A stretch of DNA of 58,625 bases, counting the filler, from Sphacelaria rigidula (lineage: Eukaryota): NCBI GenBank assembly GCA_964200075.2. It is 10 parts of 10 records of this genome, joined end to end, with 100 filler letters (N's around TTAATTAATTAA, not from the genome) between each part and the next. Parts side by side here need not be neighbours in the genome. Positions count along the whole stretch, not along the records: positions 46,982 to 52,753 come from CAXNAA020024586.1; positions 52,854 to 58,625 come from CAXNAA020024587.1; 8 more parts are not named here. One strand, written 5' to 3'. Below, in pieces: positions 48,552 through 58,625 of the stretch. Position 1 is the stretch's first letter. Each line of letters starts with the position of its first letter. The notes beneath the pieces are model-generated. The model worked only from the letters and a program-made list of their open reading frames with translations, did no database searches and was not told the DNA's origin. The translations under genes and the position numbers were made by a program.

Positions 48552-50049
48552 TTATTGAGAAAATATTCCCAAGACTGCCTTCTCTTCTTCGTCAAACATT
48601 TTGCTAGCAGCCTCTCGAGTCCATTGAACACCGCTGTCGTCCTCCGAACCGGTACTGAACACTCGTTCCGCAACGGCAGAGAGTGCACTTCGCTTCGCCT
48701 CTTGCTTACGAATCTCTGCGTCGTGTCGTTCCCAAAGAGTTGGGCGGTACGCCATCGCCTGGTCGGTAAAAGATTACAAGCGCATCGAATCAGTGTATGT
48801 TTCAAGGCGGTGCACATCTTGCGAGTTATAGGCGAGGCACATATACTGCATATATAAAATGATCAGATTTCATACACTGTCGAACGTGAGTATGTGCGTT
48901 CCACAAACGGCGTATATACTGTAGTCATACATTTTCCAGCGTGGCTTTGTTCTCCCGCAGAACCTGACGGTACTTTTCTCGGGATTCCCTGGCCCTTAGC
49001 TGCATATAACGGCTGCTATCCCGCCGTGGCCGTGTGCCCCGTTGGTGATTGGCCTCCTTCATGACTTCGGCGAGAGCTCTACTCGTTTCCCGCTCCCGGA
49101 TGCGGCGCTTAACTTCTTCTTCTTTTTCCTGCTCGACAGCGGCCCTCTCCCTCTCCAGTCGTGCTCGCACCTCTGCAGTCTTGAGCAGAAAACTATGGGT
49201 GGTGCGGGGTATAGGCGGGACTGGGGCTGAGAAAGCCTTTTGTCTGTTTCGAAGAAGGTCTTCCTCTTCGCGGCGTCGAGCTTCAGCAGCCTTCTCCAGC
49301 TCCCTCGTGGCTCGCGCCTGTCTTCTACGAGCATATGTTTTTTCCCGCTTCTCCATCGGCGAAGCCTGAAACGACGAGCATGATCATGGTTGTGCGATGG
49401 TCAGTGGGCACATGAGACGGTACAGCCGAGTGACCCACCAACGTATCCCATTATATTTAGCAGGGAAATAAAGTCGGAGGGATACGGTGTTAGACCCACG
49501 TTGCCTATGGTAGCACAAGAGGGTCACGTCCGTTCGACTTGGCCACGCACTCGACGCTTCTTGTACGCGACGATTTCAAATGGTACGCATTCCTTCCTGT
49601 TGGCCACAATACATTGAGTATGCAAAGAAAATACTGAATACTGTACCGTGCGCGGTGGGAATGGGACGTTGGGACAACAAAGACGTGTTATCACGACGAC
49701 ACATACGGTAGTTATGATACTAACAGACGCACAGGGTGCACTACACACAATTCCCGCGATATCATGCTGCATGCTGCATGCTGCTGGTACCGCTCTGGAG
49801 AGGACGCACCCTGGGAGCCACTCGTCTTCGCTTTTGTTTCGTGGCGGCGAGGACTTGATCCCATCGTTGTTGCTTCCTGCTCAACATATCTCGAATCTGT
49901 TCCGGTGGCACCGGCCTAGCGCGACCGCGAGCCGTGTGATGACCGTTGCTATCTTCGAATCGCGCATTTTCAGATGCCGCGGCCGCCATCAGTTTCTGCT
50001 GGCGTGCGTGCATTTCCATTCGGCTGGGGAGGTGAGAACAGGATGCCAT
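48552..50049 (-). CDS. FAM161: FAM161/UPF0564-like centriolar-ciliary protein, last three exons
   Basis: Phase-0 exons 50049-49810 (SHLPSRMEMH..), 49365-48931 (..KYRQVLRENKATLEN) and 48758-48552 (AMAYRPTLWERHD..stop). The C-terminal Y...L.E......RP.L.ER pattern recalls FAM161A/B. Confidence 0.62.
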
Positions 50050-52683
50050 CTGCACGGGAGGGGACCGACGAGGAAGAGCCAGAAACATACGTGGCATGCG
50101 TTGCAACTTCAGATCATCCGGGACGTTGAAGCTACTGTAACTTTACGAGAACCCGGAGCTTTCTCACGTAAACCCCCGGGCAGGGCTACAGAGCTGGAAG
50201 CGAGTCTCTTGTTGAGATTTCAGAGAGCTGTTTGGGCTGGTGCGAGTAGTGTTGCTAAGCTACATAACGCGTAGGGACCACGAAAACGGGTGACATGCGT
50301 TGACTGATATAGTAGTCAGCATCAGAAGTCTTCGGGGTTGTTTGAGGATTTTTTTCGCGTACTAGCCTTCGATAGAACTTGAAAGTGCTAGCGTCAGTAC
50401 ATTTTGGTCAAATAAACAGATCGTCCGCAGAACACAGTGCCCAAGTTAGTGTTACTTGGTGTTATCGGGTGATACGAGTAGAAACTCCATTTATCAGGAG
50501 GGTCTTTTTGACCGTGAAACACAGTTTTTCGGCTCTAGAGCAATGAGTAGGTAGAATGAAAAAAAAAACTTTGAGTTTTCTCCTGAATACAATCCGAATA
50601 GGCTCGATCGATCAAAAATACCGAAGAGTCAGAATCTGGGCTAAAAAGTGGCAGGACCCCCGATGACTGGTTGGGCCGTAAGTCACTCAATATTGAGTAC
50701 AGCTGATTTCTTTATGCTCGGAATGTGAAGTGAATACGAGTATCTTCAGATCTCCAATTCGATGAGCGGTGGCAAGCGAAAGAGCCTGAGAAAATCGCCT
50801 ATTACGAAGAAATTACAAAATGAATAGTTCAGACGCTAACTACTGATATTGCTCAAGTTTGACAGCAGGCACAATCATTGCTTTCGGTGAAAGAACAACA
50901 CCGCGGACGAAACTATTCGTATAACTCCCTCAAACACGTCGGTCTATCATTAAGATGTTTCTGTCGCAGGCGTTGCACACACGCAATATGCTTGCCCGCG
51001 GTAGACCACCCGATGAGTGCTATACGGTAGGCCAGGACCCGACAGCTCTCTCTCAGCCGTCTACCCCTCCGTTTTGGAGGTTCAGACATATCTATTGTTT
51101 TACCACAAAGGTAGCTGTAAAACACTGCAGGCAGTTACGTGTCAGCTGCAAGAGTGGCATCATGTACCTATCGACTCTTAACGTGAAACTGACATTTTTT
51201 CCCCCGTGTTTAATTCAAGAGAAATCAGCGCCATAGAGAGGGAAAAAAAATGGCATACCCTTTTCTGAGTAGCCAAGGTAAGAATTCATGAATTCTGATC
51301 GGCCGATATTCCTTCGCCGACTGCTGACGTCATCCACGGCGCTTTGAGGTGGAGGGACTTTTCAAGGTCATGAGGTATTTTCGGGGTTTTTTGGGGGGGG
51401 AGGGGGAAATATATGTGATATTTATCTGCCGAACAAAGGGTGATATCAATGAGCGAAGTGACGCGAAGGCTTCGGATTGATCGGCAAAGTTTCCCAGACA
51501 ATCTGTTCGGTCGAGAACATTCCACAATGTGTGGTATCCAAAAACATTTTTGAAATGTACAAAGGGACCCATCAGGGAGGCTCTAGACATGGGATAAGAC
51601 GTCGAAATATGTTTAACCCTTAGACAGCGACCCCTCCGCAGGTGGACTGAGTTGGACTGTGCCACATTTGGGATTCAGAACTGCTCTTTTCTCGCTACAC
51701 AAGACGCATTTTTCAGGAAGATGAGGATATTTGTCATCTATAAAGAAAATAGTCCCGGAGAACCCCTGCTGACCAGTTCTGATCCTGCAGTCAATTGCGT
51801 GCAGAGTCGGTATGCATGTGTGCTGTATGTCTTCACTGGATACAACGGCAAGAGACAGTATAAGTGTGCCATTGCTCTCCACTGAACACAATTTACTGCA
51901 TGCTGCTGATGCATCTGCCTAGTTCTCAGCAACAACACTACAGACAGTATGAAGCTATGCTGGCAGCACATCAGGGGTCAGGCAGGCGGCGTAGACCACG
52001 AGCACAATACAAAACAAGTGATATATACCCATGTAATCTATGGTTGATTTCTTATGACCAAAATGAGTCGTGGGAGTGTTTGGAAGACTTGGTGCGCTTT
52101 TCGGCTCCTCTGCGGACAGACACCCCCCCTCAAAAACCACAAATTCAAAAACCACAATCCGCGGCCACTGAAGACCCCCGAATATCTCCGGACTGTCAGC
52201 CTGTGAAACTGTTCCGAAGCGATACTCGCTGTCTAATGGTTAAGGGATGGAATACGGTAAAATACCCCAACTCAAAACTTAGATCCTGAGACCCATGCCG
52301 CACCATACTTCGAAATGTCTGTGAATGGAAAATTGAAGAGAGTGACCGCGTAACCTGTAAGTGTTATCGAAGCGTGTACAGAGACACGACCCGTGATAGG
52401 TTTCGTTGATCATCTTTCTGGCTCTACGGAGGTTACGGAATGGTATCATCAGGCAAATATTCAAGTCAGTTCAGTCTGTTACTCCCCGACTTTCAGAACC
52501 TGACGGCGATTTCTCTGAACCGCGGCCAGCAGCAGTGATCTCTCACACGCTATTTCGTGCATCCTTACTCTGAATACAGTAGAGTGTAAGCCACTATATG
52601 TGTTTTAGTCAACTTGACTTCAGAGGTCTGAGTAGGCCTGATAGATCAGTTACTTAGATATAATGCACTCTCCCCTGCCCCCC

Positions 52684-52753
52684 ACGGTGCTCCGTCTCGA
52701 AAGGGATGCGTGGTCAACGGTCAAACGACTAAGGCAAGCAACAAATGAGTACG
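52684..52753 (+). mobile_element. LINE family A 3' end; contig ends where the C-tail should start
   Basis: C-rich flank + ACGGTGCTCCGTCTCGAAAGGGATGCGTGGTCAACGGTCAAACGACTAAGGCAAGCAACAAATGAGTACG. Confidence 0.85.
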
Positions 52754-53127
52754 NNNNNNNNNNNNNNNNNNNNNNNNNNNNNNNNNNNNNNNNNNNNTTA
52801 ATTAATTAANNNNNNNNNNNNNNNNNNNNNNNNNNNNNNNNNNNNNNNNNNNNAGGCGAAAAGGTGCTTTCGCACATACGTTTTGGGGGCACGGAAGCCG
52901 GGCAACCCCCAGAATAGTATTAAGGAGGTCGGGGGGCATGGGGTCGTCTATGTCAAATTCATTGGTCATGACTTTAGGTCGGGGAAAGCACTGTTTTCGA
53001 GTTGAAACTCATTAAAATGTTGAACCTCAAAAACGGATCCAGGCTGTTATTGCGAGAATTATCACCAATAAGCACTTGGTTGAGGCATTTGGGTAAAAAT
53101 TTGCTGCGGAATAAGCTGAATCCCCAC

Positions 53128-53184
53128 CTGCTGCTGCTGCTGCTGCTGCTGCTACTGCTACTGCTACTGCTACTGCTACTGCTG
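53128..53184. repeat. (CTG)n/(CTA)n microsatellite
   Basis: Visible trinucleotide run, apparently intronic. Confidence 0.9.
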
Positions 53185-53500
53185 CAAATATCTCTTCCGT
53201 TGGTACAACGCACTCTGCCGCAAAGTTACGTACAGCTTCGTTGGATCACATACTTACGGATATACAGGGTCCAGATCACACACGTGCTGTCCGCAGATTG
53301 ACTGAATGATGTCTATGTACCAATCGTTTCGATATCCGAATGGTGTTTACCGGGTCACACATGTTTGCATGTGCGTGACATGTACACGTATTATTATCAC
53401 CAGATGTTACAGTCACAGAGAAATCCCATCATTATTCCTACTTTTCATCAACTTCGCGTTTCTCCCAATCCCTACCGCCCCCCCCTTCCCCCAAATCAAG

Positions 53501-56500
53501 GTATTAGAACTAAAGACCAAACTGCAGAGAGTGCGGACGTCCAACGAACGCCGGGCTGCTAAACTTTTCCAGCGATGGAGCGAGAGAGCGTCGGCAGCGG
53601 CGGTCGAGCGAGAGACAGTGGCAGACAGACAGCGCTCGTTCGTTAGGCAGCTAGAAAACGACGTGGAAGGCATGGAAGAGAAACTGGGAGCTCTGGAGAG
53701 ACAGGTGCGCCGCTACTGTACTGTAGGACCTCCAGCACGTGAAGAAGGGAGGGCAGCGCCTTGTTTTCGCGTTCCTATGCAGCTGTTACTGTGCAGCTGC
53801 TGAAGATCACTAGTTGCGTTATCCGCGCGAGAGGACGGGACGAACGTAGTTCTCTTCCAAGGAAGGCGCTACTAGTTCCACCACCAGTCAGTTAACGTCT
53901 GGGATAATGGAAGCACAATTGACCTGCCACGTAATTTCCAAGTGTTATTGTCTACATCCGCTTACCGGGTAATGTGTCCCACCTTGGGCACCGCTCTTAT
54001 GAATATTCGGACGACCGCCGGCGATCACTCGCTCCTCCCTACCCAGCTTGGTTAAGCGATGGCTGCTGAAGAGGCGGGGGAGAGCGGAAGTGTTTTGCAT
54101 GTCCACATGTCAATTCGAGATGCGCGCAGCTATTATTGTTATCGCGCGAAACGTTATCACGCTGTAAAAGACATGAAGCATTGCCATCCAAAGTACCGGT
54201 AAAACACTCTAGGCTTCTTCAACCAGATAACATATACATACATGTGTGTATCAAGTGGTTTCACGGCAGAGGTTTACAAGTTTGTTTCGGAGACTCTGAA
54301 CTATGGGAGCCTCTCGATGACAAACATCTGGGCTTGAGTGTGCAGGCCTCCGAAAACCTTTCGGACTAAAACGCGCATCCCTACCGTAGAATCACCCTTT
54401 TCACATCTGCACTCCGGAGAAAGTCGCCCTCGCGACCTGTTTGTGCCTTGAGTAAATGTTTCGCTGCGTCGGGTGCATGTATGTTGAGTATCCCTGTATA
54501 CCAGGTGTCTCGATCTGAAGAGGGAAGAGGCCGCGATTGTGCACTGGCCCGAGCCGCGTGCTCCAAAGAGCTCAAGAGAGCAAGAGAGGCATGGATGTCA
54601 GCAGAAAAGGCAGGTGGTATGAAAGCCGTAGATTGCGTCGGATAACGCCCCCCCCCCCATCCAGGTGATACTTCTTGCACCTGCAAGTTTTGGAAAATCA
54701 ACATGATTACCGGAGCCAATACCTATGCCGTGGCAAAAGCGGCTCTTCCGCGTTTGAGAAAGGAAATTTTGTACGGAGAAGAGCTGAGACCATGATATGG
54801 ATGAGCGCAGTACCACGGGGGGCAGAAAATACACCATGGATACTACGTGGTACATAATCCTCACAACCACCGAAGACCCTTAGGAGAATAGACCAAAAAC
54901 CGGTCAAAAGGATGTAACATGTTACACATATCAGGTGCGGAGCCCTTGGTTACTTGCTCGTGTTTACGAGGCCCTGAGTCTGGTGCACAGGGCGGGACGT
55001 GGGTTGGGGAAACGGGAGGAAAAGAAGGACCGCCTTCGACCGCTTTCAGCGTTTACCGGGAAATAATTCCGCAGCGATAGTGTCCGTGCTTGAGGAGACT
55101 AGCGTGGGGGGGGGGGAGCAACAACAACGTTGTTCGGCAGTTCGCACAGTATTGTTGGTGTCATTCTCCGTTTTCAAACGGAAGAGAAAAAGTTATCTCA
55201 ATATTTCCCATGAACATGACCCCCCCCGCCTCCTCCTCCCACGCACGCACGCACGCACGCACGCACCCTGCCTCTCTTCCTAACGTTGACCTCTTTGAAA
55301 GCAGGGCCGACTTCACCGCTTATCGGAAAAAAAGGCCGGAGCCATCAAGCAGGCGGCGGTGCGAGCCTTAGAGCCGCAGCTTTCGGAGCTCGTGATGTCG
55401 AACCGCGCCGAACTCAGGACGCATACCGAAGGGATGGAGGATGACTTCATGGCTCTGCGGGCTCGACTAGAACGGGAGGTTGCCGACCAGGTAACCAACT
55501 AGCATATACGGTTGACGGCACCCCCTTGGACCCCTTTGAGCGTATAATATTTTTGAGCCAAGGAGAAACCCGTGCACCACCAAATGGCCCCAGTCATATG
55601 TGCAGATCTTGACGATAGCTCTCCAGTAATGGAAATCCAAGTTATGGTGACGCGAGTACGGCATTCTTGATAAGAAACAAGGCACCGAAAACCACCACAA
55701 AGAGGGCGGGGGGAACGGGAGGAGAGGAGTCGTGTATAAGAATATGCATCGTACTCGAAAGGAAACGCAATTGATGTTGAGATGCCGCAGATGCCATTGC
55801 GCTAAGAACGCACGCTGACTGTTTAGCTCAGTCTGGTCTGTGAGATGTGAACAAAAGCCCATTCCAGGGTTCAGTGTCCCCCGTGATTTACGTTTGATTA
55901 TTAGTGGTTTTTAAGGGGGAAAAGATACATGGGTGCTGGATCAAAGCGACGGCGACTATGGATCACTCTCGGCAGGAAGAATCATATACATATACCCTAC
56001 TTATACCACAAGGACAGCTAGCAAGAACGGCGCTGAATACAGGGGTGGCACCCGTGGGGTAAACACTCGGGTCCGATGGCTCAACAACATCGAGAGATCC
56101 GTAATCGACTTTGGTGAAGACGTCACGAATACCATTAATCTCAATGGTCAATGTTGACTATTTAGCCCAGTGATATAAGAAACATATTCTTTAACAATTA
56201 TTGACAGCATCAGACGGTTCAGGCAGGGCATCAACAAAAGAGCAGATCAAAACCAAAGAGATCTTGAAGGCAGGGTGCTAAAAAAAGGCGGATCGAACCT
56301 ATCAACTACTTACCTCCCCCACCGTTCGGATTTTTTCAAACAGTGGTTCTACAACAGGAAAAAGCTCGCGGGGTACATCTACTGTAGTATGTATCTTTTA
56401 GGAGGATACATACTACAGTAGATGAAAACAAAGAAATGTTGGCGACACTCAAATTACCGTCCGAAACAGAGAGTTCCCCAGGGTACACGTCCAGGCTTTC

Positions 56501-57944
56501 AGTGTCTACAGTATTCTATTTTACGGACGGGGTGTCCGTGGCTCATCAAGCGTATGTTAGACGTATGAATACGCTTCGCCAGATAACCTGCAAAGTAACC
56601 ACGTAGCCTGCAGTATGTACCCGGTATCGCAGGGTATACGGGTCACCCACTTCCTGCTGACATACAGTGTATAGGCATAGTCACGGTGCCACGGTAGTCT
56701 ATACAACTGGTACACAACTACATTCAGAGTTAGGATGGAAGGTTTCGTCTTCGAATCCCGGAAGATACGATGTTTTTGAGCCAAATCTAGGTCTCGTCGA
56801 TGAAGGCGCAGGGAATGAACACGCCACTCGCCCATTACCGTCTTTTCAGAGTATGTGGCTCGCCGTGTAGTTGAGTAAATTCATGATCGATCAGTTGATT
56901 GATTGATTGATTGATTATCGCCCAATAACGGACCATCCGTCACGTATCCAGCGGTGGTATGACCATCGGAATAGACATCAACAAGACACGCATGCGTTTC
57001 ATTTCCAAAGATGCAACATCGTGGCACCGCCTGATTTTTTTGTTTCTGTACTCCCTCTTATGAATCTAGAAGAAACGACATGCCTATACGGATCATGATG
57101 ACTTGTTCGTGCGCGGCTGCGGGCGACTACCTGGATCGAAAAATCCACCCTGTCTGTGTGGTGTATGCCGTTGACAGTTTTTTTCTTTTCTTCTCAATTG
57201 CCTTTGACACCCCCTCCCCCCCCCCCCTCCTGGGGACGAGTCAAAGGTCTGAAGGAATCAATTGACCTGTCTCTCTCCCGGTACGGCACTTCGTTTTGCT
57301 GTCGGGCATTGAACAAGTTACATACTGTCGCAGACCATCGTGGACTTTCAGCATCGAACTTCAATTCTACGCACAGTATATACTTTGTACATTGTTAACC
57401 GTGCTTATACTGGTCTACAGTACAGTGGCCGGCCACCCAGGTGGCTCAGTTGGTAATATCGAGAACTTCTGACGATTGGTACGCGGATTCGAGTCTCGGT
57501 GAAATCACACGATCTGGGTTAGTTTAATCTCATACCACGCCCAACAGTGGGGGAGCGACTGTGTCGTGGGCACACAAAGTTCGACTCTACGTCGACGAGG
57601 AAAAGGGACCACTGGAACCCTTTCTCGCGATAAAGAGGATGACAAGGACCGCAGAAGGAAGGTGCGGTATGAACACGAACAATTACGTCTACGCTGACTT
57701 TCCTCCTGCGTGACCCCAGTTGATGCGCCCACCTACACCGAAGGTATAGACTGGCGTTCAGAATATACGGGATGCCAACACACACATCGATCGTTTATTC
57801 CACGTTTATATCCAACCCATGTAGGGACACGAAAAGGCTAAGGACTACCAGATGATGCTGGAGGCGGAGGTTGAGGAGGAGAGACGGCTCGAGGAGCACC
57901 AGCTCAGACTTCTGGCGAGGGGAAACGAAGTGGAAATACAGGAG
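53501..57944 (+). CDS. CEP131: CEP131/AZI1-like centriolar-satellite protein, partial
   Basis: Phase-0 exons 53501-53704, 54505-54609, 55305-55490 and 57825-57944. AWMSAEK|GRLHRLSEKKAGAIKQAAVRALEPQLSELV resembles CEP131 (..SATEKARREKWISEKTKKIKEVTVRGLEPEIQKLI) as I recall it. A missed exon is possible. Confidence 0.68.
56376..56424. repeat. Perfect 20-bp hairpin
   Basis: CATCTACTGTAGTATGTATC - 9-nt loop - GATACATACTACAGTAGATG. Confidence 0.9.
57435..57786 (+). mobile_element. tRNA-headed SINE family S2 with (CA)n tail
   Basis: A box GGTGGCTCAGTTGG and B box GGATTCGAGTC. 3' end TGATGCGCCCAC..AGACTGGCGTTCAGAATA..GGGA..CAACACACAC is shared with 29366-29437 and ~36300-36380. Confidence 0.72.
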
Positions 57945-58625
57945 GTCAGATATCTTCAGTGTTACCAGAAGTACGGCACTACCAGACGGCACTACATACT
58001 TACGCTGTACAACACTCTCACGCAACATCACAGGTGATGAACAATACGCACCTGGCGAATCAGGATTCTCGCCAAAACCGGACAAATTATGACGATTCTT
58101 GCAAGTTACTTGTCATTTCCACGTGCTGTTGAAGATTTTAGGCTGTAATCGAACGGTACATGCCAAGATTTTCTGCAGAGAAAATAGGGCACAAACCGTG
58201 GGTTGGTTTTGCTGAAGAAAGGCGGGAATATACACCTATTTCAATCATTCCAATATTTCGGGGTCAGTCGGACGGATAGTCTGGGAGGAGAGGGGACTCG
58301 AGGGAAAAACGAAAGAAGGGCTCAGCACTGAGCGCCTGCCTGTACTACTTGGAAGTAGCTACCACGGGGGACGTTCGTCACTAATTCATCACTAATTGTG
58401 ATTGATCGTATTTGCCCAACTGGCTCAGTCAGGGTTGAGGAAATACAAGCAACTTCATCTCCCAGTTTGCCTAGGCCCGAGCACGACGCTAAAACGAGCT
58501 GGAAAGGACCCCAAGATGTCATCGCACGCATTAGCATTGAATCCTGTGTCATATCCCCCCCCCCCCCCCCTCACCTCTAGACTCTTGGGTTGGCGTCGAG
58601 TGGCAACGGCGCTGTAAAACAAGCC

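Noticed and set aside
57435..57505. tRNA gene (also 27333-27400)
   Set aside because: A/B boxes are present but I see no complete cloverleaf. Both continue into repeated bodies with simple-repeat tails, so they are SINE heads.
275..57944. Apparent cluster of centriole genes (CEP120, FAM161, CEP131)
   Set aside because: They lie on separate, artificially joined contigs, so co-occurrence is not evidence of linkage.

Overview
Eukaryotic nuclear DNA, most consistent with a brown alga (an aureochrome-type bZIP exon, short exons in long repeat-rich introns; kelp-like repeats by recollection, unverified). It is not one locus. Ten unlinked contigs of 5773/5772 bp are joined in length order by identical 100-bp spacers (44 N + TTAATTAATTAA + 44 N). 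Contigs: 1-5773, 5874-11646, 11747-17519, 17620-23392, 23493-29265, 29366-35137, 35238-41009, 41110-46881, 46982-52753, 52854-58625. Partial spliced host genes I could rebuild from splice sites and phases: CEP120-like, an FWCA-motif algal family gene, a C2+PX protein, UBE2J2/Ubc6-like, an aureochrome-like bZIP, a coiled-coil repeat protein, FAM161-like and CEP131-like. The rest is mostly mobile DNA: two decayed copies of an APE-RT LINE, an LTR/gag-like element, two tRNA-headed SINE families, and several MITE/foldback families and satellites. The strongest novel signal is about 15 retroelement 3' ends from two related families. Where the end is visible they finish in GAGTAC(G/A) plus an oligo(C) run instead of poly(A), and they sit in C/G runs, in one clear case with a C-run-led target-site duplication. 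This suggests a poly(C)-primed, G-run-targeting non-LTR retrotransposon system. All protein family assignments are by motif recognition, not database search.
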